Shown: piece after piece, positions 27,894-41,517 of the stretch | Layout of the letters: each line of letters begins with the position of its first letter | Position numbering within the stretch: position 1 is the stretch's first letter | Assembly: GCA_964016885.1 (NCBI GenBank) | Contig: OZ024745.1 | Span: 30,690,001 to 30,754,000, forward strand | Length of the DNA: 64,000 nucleotides | DNA from: Eledone cirrhosa | Lineage: Eukaryota | Direction of reading: 5' to 3' | The notes under the pieces: model-generated | Database searches by the model: none | What the model was told of the DNA's origin: nothing | The model's input: the letters and a program-made list of their open reading frames with translations, nothing else | Position numbers and translations under genes: made by a program

Positions 27894-27959
27894 AGAAATA
27901 GTATCATCCGGGATTTTAAATAGTTTTTTCAGATCCTGTGCTGCATTGGCGACATCAAT
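27894..27959 (-). CDS. Host gene exon 10 (IDVANAAQDLKKLFKIPDDTIS)
   Basis: ttttggcag acceptor, gtaagt donor, 66 nt, phase 0-0. Confidence 0.8.
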
Positions 27960-28429
27960 CTGCCAAAAGAATCAATAGAAAGAAGCATTTATTAACCTTA
28001 TTATTATTATAACATTGTCTATAATTATCAAATAATATCGAAAATAATCAGAAATTTAAAAGGATTTCATAATATAACTAACTTTCTTATTAAGTTGATA
28101 CATGGAACATAACTTAACCAATGTTCTTGCATAAAATTATGCTGAAAGGGTTTTTAGATAATATAAACATTTTAATGCTGTCATTACCATATTTCTAATG
28201 AAAGACACTGTCTAGGATTTTCAAATAATTTTGAAAATAATCAGAAATTTGAAAGGATTTACTAATATAACTAACTTTCTCATTAAGTTGGTGCTTAGAA
28301 CGTAACTTAAAGGTTCTTATATAAAATTATGATGAAAGAGTTTTTAGATAAATATAAAGTAAACCATGTATAGAAGTATGGTTTGCAAAGTTAGAGTTAA
28401 CAATGAGTATATTAGTGGATTTAGTGTGC

Positions 28430-29060
28430 TGTTCTCTCATGTTGTCTTGTAGCACATGGAGGTGAGTGGTATAAATTTGGAGTTGGTCATCGCTTACAAT
28501 GTTTTGAACATTGGCGACACTAGGAAAATTATAGAATTCCCGTCAACAAAGATCCCTTTCGATGACATACAATTTGGCCAGGAATGTTTTCACAGCATTC
28601 CTTGCTTTAAGCAAGGTGATCTTCTTCTTCTACAACGCCAAAATGATGCTATTGCATTTGTCGAAGATTTGTCTTACCTCACATCGAGGGTTTTCTTGTA
28701 CAGTTCTGTGTTGCGTCCTCGCAGAAACTCAATGATAGAGTTCAAAGAAGTGAGTAAAGCACTTGCCCTTTGAAAGCCACCTCACTTCAGTATGAAGGAG
28801 CAACTTGACGAATTCTTCGTCATTATCTTGGCACAGTTGCCGGAAAATTCGTTCATTGAGGGAATGCCATTTGATAAAATTGATGACATCAATGGCCACC
28901 TGTAGGGACTTGCTCAGCGGCTTGCTGAGTTTCTTCGCAGCCAAGTGTTGTCGATGAATGACACAATGAACAGCAAATACAGATAGATTTTCTCTCTTCA
29001 GAAGAGTGACGAAGCCCTTATGTTGGCCGACCATTGCTCTTGCGTCGTCCGTAGCACATG
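28430..29060 (-). mobile_element. hAT (Buster/Charlie, ZBED8/SCAND3-like) transposase remnant
   Basis: TDDARAMVG, HCVIHRQHLAAK, LLLHTEVRWLSKG. Confidence 0.85.
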
Positions 29061-29900
29061 ATACAATGTGTGTTTTATGTGGTCCTAGATGTATGTATTA
29101 CCTGCCTGTGTGTTGTATGTAGTCCTAGATGCATGTATAACCTGCTTCTGTATTGCATGTGGTCCCAGCTGTATGTATTACCTACTTGTGTGTTGTATGT
29201 GGTCCTAGATGTGTGTATTATCTCCTTATGTGTTGTATGTGGTCCTAGATGTATGTATTACCTGATTATGTGCTGTATGTGGTCCTAGATGTGTGTATTA
29301 CCTGCTTATATGTTGTATGTGGTCCTAGATGTATTGGCTACTTCCTTATGTGTTGCATGCGGTCCTAGATGTGTGTATTACCTGCTTATATGTTGTATGT
29401 GGTCCTAGATGTATTGGCTACTTCCTTATGTGTTTGTACGTGGTCCTAGATGTGTGTATTACCTGCTTATATGTTGTATGTGGTCCTAGATGTATTGGCT
29501 ACTTCCTTATGTGTTGCATGTGGTCCTAGATGTGTGTATTACCTGCTTATATGTTGTATGTGGTCCTAGATGTATTGGCTACTTCCTTATGTGTTGTATG
29601 TGGTCCTAGATGTGTGTATTACCTGCTTATATGTTGTATGTGGTCCTAGATGTATTGGCTACTTCCTTATATATTGTATGTGGTCCTAGATGTATTGGCT
29701 ACTTCCTTATGTGTTGTATGTGGTCCTAGATGTATTGGCTACTTCCTTATGTGTTGTATGTGGTCCTAGATGTATTGGCTACTTCCTTATGTGTTGCATG
29801 TGGTCCTAGATGTGTGTATTACCTGCTTATGTGTTGTATGTGGTCCTAGATGTGTGTATTACCTGCTTATGTGTTTTATGTGGTTCAAGATGTGTGTGCT
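29060..29900. repeat. 40-bp minisatellite, about 21 copies, two alternating variants
   Basis: gtatgtggtcctagatgt... repeats. Confidence 0.95.
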
Positions 29901-29984
29901 ATCCGCTTCTGGTTTTTCTTTTCTTTTTTTTATTTGTAATATTATTTATACACTAGGGAATAAAATAGATCTATACAATAGATG

Positions 29985-30300
29985 GAGGCACATGGCTTAG
30001 TGGTTAGAACATTGGCCTTGCAATCGAAAGGTTGTGAGTTCAAATCTCAAACCGAGTGATGTGTTGTTTCCTTGAGCAAGACACTTTATTTCACATTGCT
30101 CCAGTTTACTCAGCTGTAGAAATGGCATGATAGGGACTGGGGTCCATATCATTCCACTGCAAAGTGGTCGGGGAGGTGCTATGGCAAAAAAACCACCCAG
30201 CACTCACTGTAAATGGAGTTGGTGTTAGGAAGGGCATCCAGCTGTAGAAATCAAGTCAGAATCGGTTCCCGTCCCACCCTTGCAAGCAGGGAAAAATGAA
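29985..30300 (+). mobile_element. tRNA-SINE with RTE-shared tail; minus copies at 50850-51190 and 56215-56548
   Basis: A/B boxes TGGCTTAGTGG and GAGTTCAAATC, CCTTGAGCAAGACACTT core, GGAAGGGCATCC tail. Confidence 0.85.
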
Positions 30301-30879
30301 ATGAAATGAAATGATAGTGTTAACTCGTTACGGCTGAGTCAATAATTTCAGACATGAAATACATTGTTATCGGTGAAGGAAAGATAAGATTCTAACTGGC
30401 TGCGCTCAAAGTGTCCTTGACCCAGTTGACTGTGGGTTTTCCATTTTTAGGATCTCAATTGCCGGTTAATGTCTAGAGACGCCTGCACACCTGCTCACAG
30501 CTGCGGTCAGACTATAGTTATGCTGTCTGCAAGCTCATTCAAATGCATTCACACTGGCTGTCTCAAAGACATACAAATATGGGTTATAAAACTTACCAAA
30601 GTAAAGAGCCTTCCAGCCCCCCCCCCCCTTTTCCAAACGCCCCCCTAACACGACCTTGCTCTCAAACGCCACCCTGGCGTTCCGAAACGCCCCCCCCCCC
30701 TCGTTGAGAACCTTTGAACCCTTGGTGTAGAGGATGATAACTGTATATAGAAATGTTGAGTGCTCAAAGTTGATGGAACCTATAGGAAAAAAAAGTTGTA
30801 GGAAAACTTGGGATGATGTAGTGCACTAAATGCCACAAAGCTTGTTGTTTGATGCTCTAACGATACTGCCAATCTTTAT

Positions 30880-31540
30880 GCTGCTGGTAAGTTTTGGGAT
30901 ACAGTCAAGATCAAAAGAGGTATCTTTCAGGGAGACTTTTTCTGTCCACTTCTTTTTATGATTGCTGTAATACCATTAACATGTATTAAAAAAACTGAGA
31001 TGGGATATCAACTACAAAAGAATGGTCCATTGATTTATCATTTATTTTTTATGAATGACTTAAAGCTATATGGAAAAAACAGGAAGCAAGTTGATTTATT
31101 GATGCAGACTATTCAACAATGTAGAGAAGACATAAAAATGAGTTTTGGTATAACCAAGTGTACAACAGTATCACTTCAAAAGAGTGAAAGGGTAGAACTC
31201 AATAGTATTAAATTGCCAACAGGAGGCTAAATAGTTGAACAAATATTTGGATGTACTAGAACTTAACAGCATGTGAAAGAAAATGAAAAGAAAACCAAAA
31301 GAGGTATATCTGAAAAGGGTTAGTTTGTTAAACAACTTGAATGTGAGGAATTTATAATTAGCAATAAGTGCATGGACAGTATCAGCTATCAGGTAGTGTA
31401 CAGAATTTACAGACTGGACAAAGGAAGAAACCAAAGAGTTGGTTAGGCAAACAAGGAAACTACTGGTGAAAAGTGGTGCACTGCACAAAACGTTAGACGT
31501 TTTAATGTTGTATGTTGGAAGGAAAAGTGAAGGAGATGGT
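30880..31540 (+). mobile_element. R4/Dong-type RT remnant
   Basis: IKRGIFQGD, HLFFMNDLKLYGK, MSFGITKC. Confidence 0.75.
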
Positions 31541-31549
31541 ACTACTTAC

Positions 31550-31724
31550 ATCCTCAGAGTCTGTAAGTTCATTGATCAAATAATAGTCCATTTCTCGTCG
31601 TATATCCATATTTCCAATAGTCTTTAAGGCTGTGATAGTTATATTGAAGTCCTCATTGGGTTTCAGCTTTTCATAAAGTTTTATACCAACATCCTTCTTA
31701 TGTTCCTCAGGAATAGCATGGCAA
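31550..31724 (-). CDS. Host gene exon 9 ([21 protein letters not shown]...ELTDSED)
   Basis: tgcag acceptor, gtaagt donor, 175 nt, phase 2-0; ORF 31502-31738. Confidence 0.8.
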
Positions 31725-31780
31725 CTGCATATGCACAAGAGGCAATCAATTTCTGTGTTAAACTATATATATATATATAT

Positions 31781-31841
<61 letters not shown>

Positions 31842-31889
31842 CATTTATATATATATATATATATACACATATATATATATATATATACA

Positions 31890-31949
<60 letters not shown>

Positions 31950-31970
31950 CATTCATATATATATATATAT

Positions 31971-32440
31971 ATACGATATTAATAAATGGAAACTATATTT
32001 ATAAAACCATATTTATTTCATTATACATATTTCAGGGATACCAAATTAAATTATGGTATGCCTTCATCAGACAAAATACAATATATAACAGTTTTACAAA
32101 TAAGCTTTGACGTACCCTATTAAAATACAACCATTGTTTTTGGAAGTCATCCGGATGACTTCCAAAACATCCGGATGACTTCCAAAAACAATGGTTGCAT
32201 TTTATTAGGGTACGTCAAAGCTTATTTGTAAAACTGTTATATATTGTATTTTGTCTGATGAAGGCATACCATAATTTAATTTGGTATCCCTGAAATATGT
32301 ATAATGAAATAAATATGGTTTTATAAATATAGTTTCCATTTATTAATATCGTATATCTACTCCAAATACTTGTCGAGTGCTTTATATCAGTTATAAAAAT
32401 ATTTACTTGTTGTATCCCAACAATTTTAAATAGAACTTTT
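31971..32440. repeat. Fold-back palindrome of an HHR-bearing repeat (PLE pseudo-LTR-like) plus a 3' tail
   Basis: Arms of about 180 bp are near-perfect reverse complements centred near 32150-32175; identical peptides appear at the ends of ORFs 31700-32110(+) and 32215-32646(-). Confidence 0.9.
32247..32311 (+). ncRNA. Type I hammerhead ribozyme; mirror copy at 32014-32078 on the minus strand
   Basis: UAUUUUGU-CUGAUGA-AGGcAUACCA...UGGUAUcCCU-GAAA-U-AUGU-AUA-AUGAAAUA. Confidence 0.8.
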
Positions 32441-32450
32441 GCATATATAT

Positions 32451-32872
<422 letters not shown>

Positions 32873-32949
32873 CATATATATATATATATATACATACATA
32901 TATATACATATATATACATATATATATAAATATATATATATATACATAC

Positions 32950-32998
<49 letters not shown>

Positions 32999-32999
32999 C

Positions 33000-33068
<69 letters not shown>

Positions 33069-33077
33069 TACATATAT

Positions 33078-34705
33078 ATATTGTTATATTTGGGGAGGGT
33101 CATATTTGCGTAATATTGCCAGAATTAATAACAGAACACACTCACTGTTTGGTTGGTTTTCGCTTCTCGCTGTCTTTTATATATATATATCTGCGATCTA
33201 ACTTACTCGGTCCTCAATGTTGCCATTGACTGACCGGCGGTCAAAAATAATACAGATACAATATAGACAAACACATATATATATAGTTTACATAAATCTT
33301 TCGTTGCACATCTGCAACATCGTCAGTGGTGTTATATTCATTGTTCCTCCTGTTGTGTTGTATGTCTACGCCATTTTTTTGTTCAGTCTGTCTATATATT
33401 TATTTATTTATTTATTTGCTTGTTTGTTTATCTTATTTTATTTTGTCTTCTTTGCGCATGCGTTTGCGTGTGTGTATAGTGTTATGTGTGATGTGTGACT
33501 AGTGTGTATAGTGTTGTGTCTGCTGGGTGACTAGTGTGTGTTTATGTGCTTGTGTATGTATTTATTTATCTTATTTTATTTAATTTAATTTACTTATTTA
33601 TTTATACTTCTCTTAGGTCAGTGTTGTTTGTTTGGGTGTTGTTGTTGTTCCACTCATTCTTTCTGTTTAGCTTTGGTCTTCTAATTTCTATTTCACTGGC
33701 CTCTCTGATTTGCCTATCTGCTGGGTCATTCCTATGTTTAGATATTATTCTAATTTCTATGTTGTCTATGTTACCGTCATGATGTTGTCTAGCATGTTCG
33801 TATAGTACTGACCCGTTTTTTCGTCCTTTTAGTTCCCCCCAGTGTTGGTCTATCCTTTCACCTATGCTACGAGCTGTCTCACCTATGTATGTTGTTGTCG
33901 TGTTTCTGCAAGTACCCTCTGTACATCTTATGCTATAGACTACGTTTCTAGTTTTACAGTTTATCCGGGGGTTCACCTTACATATGATACATTTCCTATT
34001 GGTACAGTGGGTTTTCTTAAAAGGGTAGGTTTTGCTGATCAGGGATTTTATGGTGGTTCCTGGCTTTTCTACCACCTTTATTTTTAAGTGGGTCTTTCTC
34101 AGGGCCTTTCTACACTGGTTAGCTAATTTCCCTCCAGGGGTGGCGTCCACAAACATGACACTCTGATATCTCTGGTTGTCGTACCATGATGTGGCCTTCC
34201 CTATCTTATGTCTAGCCCTATCTAAGCTATTCCATGATTTGCTCCTGTATAGTGGGCAAATTCCTTTCATGTCCAGTTCTATGAGGGTCTTATACTTTTC
34301 CATGGCTCCTTCGTATACTCTGACTCTGTCTCTTTGGTTGTAGCCAGAGAACTGCATGCGGTTGATGAAGTGTTGGATGTGTCCTTCCATTTCTGTTGGG
34401 TCGCACATGCTGGACACATTCTTCATCACTCGTACCAAATCTGCGATCAGAATATTAAACTTAGCACTACTGGACATTGCTGAGTTTTTGAGTATCAGGT
34501 ATTTGGAGGCCATGGGTTTAGCATAGTGTGAGTGGAGAATTTGGGCTCTCTCGTCTATAGTGTTAATCCAGAGTTCTGTGTCTAATACAGGTAGTCTATT
34601 GTTAGGGTGTTTGGAAGGGAAGTCTATAGTTACAGTTATACTCTGGTGTATGGAATTAGCTATCTGCTGGATGCTTTCCATCGTGCTACGTTCTAAATCA
34701 AACTT
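33078..34705 (-). mobile_element. Penelope-like element, 5'-truncated (RT thumb, Cys linker, GIY-YIG, pLTR)
   Basis: [26 protein letters not shown]...[13 protein letters not shown]...H...REASEI...PKLN; stop at 33602. Confidence 0.92.
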
Positions 34706-34706
34706 G

Positions 34707-34772
<66 letters not shown>

Positions 34773-34793
34773 GTATGTATATATATATGTATG

Positions 34794-34926
<133 letters not shown>

Positions 34927-34971
34927 ATATATATATATATATATGTATGTATATATATATATATATATATG

Positions 34972-35105
<134 letters not shown>

Positions 35106-35157
35106 CATATATATATATATATATACATACATATATATATATATATATATACATACA

Positions 35158-35211
<54 letters not shown>

Positions 35212-35250
35212 CATATATATATATATACATACATATATATATATATATAT

Positions 35251-35407
<157 letters not shown>

Positions 35408-35428
35408 CATACATATATATATACATAC

Positions 35429-35713
<285 letters not shown>

Positions 35714-35716
35714 TAT

Positions 35717-35767
<51 letters not shown>

Positions 35768-35772
35768 CATAC

Positions 35773-35919
<147 letters not shown>

Positions 35920-35938
35920 CATACATATATATATATAT

Positions 35939-36001
<63 letters not shown>

Positions 36002-36099
36002 CATACATATATATATATATATATACATACATATATATATATATATATATACATACATATATATATCAAGCGTGGAACACGGACGTTAAACGATGATGA

Positions 36100-36140
<41 letters not shown>

Positions 36141-36269
36141 CATATATATATATGGCAATATTACACAAATATGACCCTCCCCAAGTATAACAATATTTGT
36201 TTCGACACACGATTTCATATAAAAAACCTCGCAAAACTAATTCATCGCCGCTATATATATATATACATA

Positions 36270-37036
36270 CATATATATAAAACTGAAATTGTCTCTGTGT
36301 GTGTGTGTGTCCTAATTTTGGCAAAGTCTATACAAATCCACATTTCTACCCCGATTGACTTCAAACTTGCATTTATATATTCCTTGCGGTCTAAAGATAT
36401 TAACTGCAGTTTTTATTTTTCAATTTTCTGTTGTTAAAGGCGTTTTTATCACTAAAACTTTAAGCCCTTTTTGTCAGATAGTTCAGCAATTTTGTCTACA
36501 ATGTTCAAGAGAGACAACTCTTTAGTATTTTGAAAGAGTTACCTCTCTATAGACTATATTATCCCTACTTAAACGTACATCCCTTGAAATTGTTGATGGT
36601 GACCTCAATAGTAACACCGAAGCGTTCGGCATCCGATATAACAGTTCGGTCTATATCAGATTTGGGTAGATTTTTGTAACCTTAAAAGTATCCAACTAAA
36701 TTCCTTCATGCTCTCCACCACTGCAGTCCCACATGCTTACTGCTCTGTAACTATTGCTTTCATTGTACCATAGCACAACAAATACATGTTCGGTTTGTCG
36801 AATGCCTTTTTACTTAACCCTATCGTCTTGGCTTTCGTGGGTTGAACATGTTACTCTCAGGCACCCAATTAAGTTAAACCCCTGGTAATCTACGACAAAT
36901 TTTTTTTATAAGCACAAAATGTAGACACCATCCCCAGGCCGAGGTATTCCGTACTTCTCTGTACTGTTTCAGGAAGGAGGGATAAACATGCCAATCCATG
37001 TTTAGAAACCCGAGCAACGGCGGGCCATTCTGCTAG
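36270..37036 (+). mobile_element. Non-autonomous Helitron
   Basis: 5' TATATAAAA followed by (GT)n; 3' GC-rich hairpin CCCGAGCAACGGCGGG then CTAG-T; similar 3' ends at 43483-43511 and 43150-43168. Confidence 0.75.
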
Positions 37037-37095
37037 TATATATCTATATATATATCATCATCATCGCCGTCGTTTAACGTCTATCTTCCACGCTA

Positions 37096-37133
<38 letters not shown>

Positions 37134-37134
37134 G

Positions 37135-37586
37135 ATCGATCGACTTTCGTCAAATCAGACCGAGGAAACAATGTTTTCATCAGTCTTTCCAGTTGCTAGT
37201 ACTATCTATCGGTCGCAACTCCAGGTAGAAGGAGCAACGTGAAATAAAGTGTCTTGCTCAAGGACATAATGTATCGCCCGGTTCAGGAATCGAACTCACA
37301 ACCTCAAGATTGTGAATCCAATTCTCTAACCACTCAACCATACGCCTTCACTGAAGGTGTATGTCTGAGTGTGAAGGCGTGTGGCTGATTGGTTAGAGAA
37401 TTGGATTCACAATCTTGAGGTTGTGAGTTCGATTCCTGAACCGGGCGATACATTATGTCCTTGAGCAAGACACTTTATTTCACGTTGCTCCTTCTACCTG
37501 GAGTTGCGACCGATAGATAGTACTAGCAACTGGAAAGACTGATGAAAACATTGTTTCCTCGGTCTGATTTGACGAAAGTCGATCGA

Positions 37587-37587
<1 letters not shown>
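37135..37587. repeat. Head-to-head palindrome of a tRNA-SINE
   Basis: Arms of about 215 bp are almost perfectly complementary, spacer about 20 nt, flanked by TA runs. Confidence 0.92.
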
Positions 37588-37618
<31 letters not shown>

Positions 37619-37922
37619 TCCCATGTATTGTGTACTCTCATGATTAGTGATATGCGTGCATGTGTGTGTTTCTGTGTGTGCATATGCATGTGTGTTTGTG
37701 CATGTGTTTCTGTGTGTGTGTGTGGATAGAGTGGATTGGAGCTGACCTCAAAATGCAGAGCCTCACAGTGAAAATGACAAAAGAATGCAACAATGATGGT
37801 GATGGAGGTGATAATAATGGTGATTTTGATGATGATGGTGGTAATAATGGTGATGATGATAATGGAGTGGGGTGATGGTGTTGATGTTGATGATAACGAT
37901 GGTTAAAATCAATAGTTTTTAC

Positions 37923-38119
37923 CTCTGTAAGTCAGTGTAAGCTTGACAAACAGCGTTGAAAATTGCAGCATCTTTGGAATCCAACAGGAAGAGCAAACGC
38001 TCAAAAAGAGCATTCCAGTCAGAATCAGCAGCAAGCTTCAACCAAGGATTAGCAAATAATTTATTACAGATTCTGTAAAGTCTCGTCTTCTCCCATCCAG
38101 GCAGTGCAAGGTTAGGATA
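37923..38119 (-). CDS. Host gene exon 8 (YPNLALPGWEKTRLYRICNKLFANPW...AYTDLQ), helical
   Basis: tgcag acceptor, AG|gtaaaa donor, 197 nt, phase 0-2; ORF 37919-38125. Confidence 0.85.
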
Positions 38120-38537
38120 CTGCAATAAACGGTATATTATATGGTAGAGGAGATATTTACAGGAATTTTGTCATAAAACAAACCATCACCATCTTCATCA
38201 TCATTTACAAGAATTTTGTCATAAAACAAATGCTGGCTTAGACACTTTCTTAGTGTAGTCAGAGCAACAATTGTTAAAAACTAGGTTTGTCACCTTGCTA
38301 AACTGTAAATCAAAGAAATTATTTTGTTTGGGAAACTGGAGCACCTAACTGGAATAAAGGTATGCACACTGTAGGATATCCAGGTGACAACATCAGGTAT
38401 TTAAGGGTCCTTTTCTCCTGCTAAATCAGATCATTGTGGCTCCCATAATAGGTTTCATACTCATCATGAGGTCATTTTTAAGGTAATTTTTCGAAACCTA
38501 ACGACCTTCTTGGCAGCAAATACATCAATGAAGTCTG

Positions 38538-38910
38538 GGGTAGGGTGTGTTAGTGGGATGTTGTTAGGTGGAGGTGTGGGGTAGGGTGTGTTAGTGGGAT
38601 GTTGTTAGGTGGAGGTGTGGGGTAGGGTGTGTTAGTGGGATGTTGTTAGGTGGAGGTGTGGGGTAGGGTGTGTTAGTGGGATGTTGTTAGGTGGAGGTGT
38701 GGGGTAGGGTGTGTTAGTGGGATGTTGTTAGGTGGAGGAGTGGGGTAGGGTGTGTTAGTGGGATGTTGTTAGGTGGAGGTGTGGGGTAGGGTGTGTTAAT
38801 GGGATGTTGTTAGGTGGAGGAGTGGAGTAGCGTGTGTTAGTGGGATGTTAAGTGGAGGTGTGGGGTAGGATATATTGGTGAGGTGTTGTTAGGTGGAGGT
38901 CTTGGGTAGC
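38538..38910 (+). repeat. 41-bp G-rich minisatellite, about 9 copies
   Basis: ggggtagggtgtgttagtgggatgttgttaggtggaggtgt. Confidence 0.95.
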
Positions 38911-38954
38911 AAAAATCTAGAAAAATATAACAATTAATACTCATTATTACATAC

Positions 38955-38995
38955 CTGGTCTCCTTTCTCGTCTGTAAGATCACCTGCAGACCAAT
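38955..38995 (-). CDS. Host gene exon 7 (WSAGDLTDEKGDQ)
   Basis: ttccag acceptor, CAG|gtatgt donor, 41 nt, phase 1-0. Confidence 0.7.
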
Positions 38996-39029
38996 CTGGA
39001 AAGACAATAGACACCAATGATTATTACAA

Positions 39030-39310
39030 TTAGAATGAAACCCATCTGGAATGATACACATCTGGAATAAAACACATCCGGGATAAAACACCCCTCAAAT
39101 GGAACACATCTGGAATGATACATCTCCAGAATGATACATATCTGGAATGAAACACCTCTGGAATGATGCACCCTTGGAATGAAACACCCTTGGAATGAAA
39201 CACATCCGGAATGAAACAGATCTGGAATGAGACATTTCCAGAATGATTAATATCTGAAATGAAACACCCCTGGAATGATGCATAATATGGAATGACACAC
39301 ATCTAATGAT
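39030..39310. repeat. 15-16-bp minisatellite (ctggaatgaaacacat)
   Basis: Direct inspection. Confidence 0.85.
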
Positions 39311-39925
39311 ACAGAGAAAAATACAAGCATTAGAAATGAGATGCTATGACAATATCTTAGGTAGAGACCATATCACAAACAAGAAGCTTTGACTCCCCCA
39401 CCCCAGGAAGACTTTTTCACAATAGTGAAGAAAAAAAATGACAGCAGTACCATGTACTAATATCCAGTGGTAACGTAAAGTCTGTTCTCCAAGGAACTGC
39501 AGACATAGGGAAAATATGGACAGAGAATGAGCTGAGATGTTATGGCCAATGTTCAGTGGAATTGCAAAGACCATCCTATCAGGAATTGTAGAGGGAAAGA
39601 GAAGGAAAAGCAGACAGAGGAGAAGATGGACAAACAAGATCTTTAGAAGAGATAGAAGATCTAGCATATAACTGTGACACATGTGGAGAAGACTGGTGGA
39701 CAGTATGACAGAATGGCACCCCTACAATTCCATCAGGACTTACAATATGATATGATATTACATAATATTGTAAAATAAGACTTATGCCATGAGTCCTGAA
39801 TTTTTGAATTGTAGAGGCACTGCCATTTTAAATCTAGCAGAACCCATCGCTTTTGAGGGATTGAACACAGCTGATTCCTTCGAATGAATCAGGAAGAGGG
39901 AGAGAGAGAGAGAAAGAGAGATAGC

Positions 39926-39977
<52 letters not shown>

Positions 39978-40173
39978 GTATCAACTAGACTGGTACTTTA
40001 AAAGGAACCTCAAATGGACTAAAGACAAAGTTGGCTTTGATGAAATTTGAATGCACAGTGTAAACAAACAAAACAAAATACTGCAAAGGAATTTGTCGGA
40101 TGCTCCAACAATTCTGCCAAACCACAAGCCTTGATTTTCAATAAAAATAATAATAAGTAGGAAAGCAACAAAC

Positions 40174-40255
40174 CTTCAGTTATTTTGAATTCATCTGCAG
40201 AACTGGTCAGGGCACTAAGATCAACATTACTGAATAAAGCATCTGCTAGTTGGAG
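40174..40255 (-). CDS. Host gene exon 6 (LQLADALFSNVDLSALTSSADEFKITE)
   Basis: long polypyrimidine tract plus cag, G|gtttgt donor, 82 nt, phase 0-1. Confidence 0.75.
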
Positions 40256-40420
40256 CTGAGAGAAAGCAAGAAAGAAGGAGAGGATTAGGTGACAAGCATC
40301 CACACCAATACCCTCAATATCCTCACCATCACACACTAGCACCTCTACACACTACCACCACCAACAACAACATCACCTCTAGCAGCATCGCCATCATTAT
40401 CTCTGTCATCATGATTGTGT

Positions 40421-40453
<33 letters not shown>

Positions 40454-40726
40454 CACCATATAGACTATCATTACCTATTATACACTATAAATATACTGTC
40501 ACTATATTATATACAGCATAGGGCGGTGGATTGGCAGTATCGGTAGAGGGTCGGACGCCATGCTTTGATGCATAGAGTTACTGCCCTTGCCATTCTGAGT
40601 TCAAATCCAGCCAAGGTTAACTTTGCCTTTCATCCTTACGGGGTCGATAAAATAAAGTACCAGTAATGCACTGGGGTAATTGTGCCAAAAGTAGAAACAA
40701 TTATATACATCATATATATATATATG

Positions 40727-41438
40727 TAGAAGTTCTATTTAAAGTGTTGGGATACAACAAGCAAATATTTTTATAACTGATATAAAGCACTCAACAAATT
40801 ATTGGAGTAAAAATACGATATATCAACAAATGGAAACTATATTTATAAAACCATATTTATTTCATTATACATATTTCAAGGACACCAAGTCAAATTATGG
40901 TGCGCTTTCATCAGATAAAATATAATATAGATCAGTTTTATAAATAAATATTGACATACCCTTAAAAAATGCGACCATTTCTGTTGGAAGCTCCCGGATA
41001 GTGGGGTTATTAAATTTATTTAGTCTATTATGCAAATTAGTGTCGGATATGTTTACATCACAGTAGATTTAAAATAAGCCGTTTTTCTTCTCTTTCTCTT
41101 GTTTTCTTATTCTCCTCTTAGAGTTTCCTCTTTTTTCTCTTTTTCTTTTCTTTCCCTTTTTCCATACCCCAACGGCTTATTTTAAATCTACTGTGATGTA
41201 AACATATCCGACACTAATTTGCATAATAGACTAAATAAATTTAATAACCCCACTATCCGGGAGCTTCCAACAGAAATGGTCGCATTTTTTAAGGGTATGT
41301 CAATATTTATTTATAAAACTGATCTATATTATATTTTATCTGATGAAAGCGCACCATAATTTGACTTGGTGTCCTTGAAATATGTATAATGAAATAAATA
41401 TGGTTTTATAAATATAGTTTCCATTTGTTAATATATCG

Positions 41439-41441
<3 letters not shown>
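40727..41441. repeat. Second fold-back palindrome of the same HHR family (arms 40813-41083 and 41171-41441, tail 40727-40812)
   Basis: Arms of about 270 bp are near-perfect; homologous to 31971-32440 in the opposite orientation. Confidence 0.9.
41332..41396 (+). ncRNA. Type I hammerhead ribozyme; mirror copy at 40858-40922 on the minus strand
   Basis: UAUUUUAU-CUGAUGA-AAGcGCACCA...UGGUGUcCUU-GAAA-U-AUGU-AUA-AUGAAAUA; compensatory changes relative to the 32247 copy. Confidence 0.82.

Positions 41442-41517
<76 letters not shown>

Noticed and set aside
29060-29900. CRISPR-like periodicity, also at 13670-14330 and 56893-57680
   Set aside because: No unique spacers and no cas genes, in a eukaryotic context; these are plain minisatellites.
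31725-31752. Upstream alternative acceptor for exon 9
   Set aside because: It is phase 1, incompatible with the phase-2 end of exon 8.
37372-37450. tRNA-like sequences at SINE heads, also at 29985 and 51110-51185
   Set aside because: They run into SINE core domains and lack a clean acceptor stem, so they are not tRNA genes.
37535-37587. CUGAUGA...GAAA in the SINE tail
   Set aside because: No coherent stems I and III, and the homologous segment near 42490 lacks CUGAUGA.
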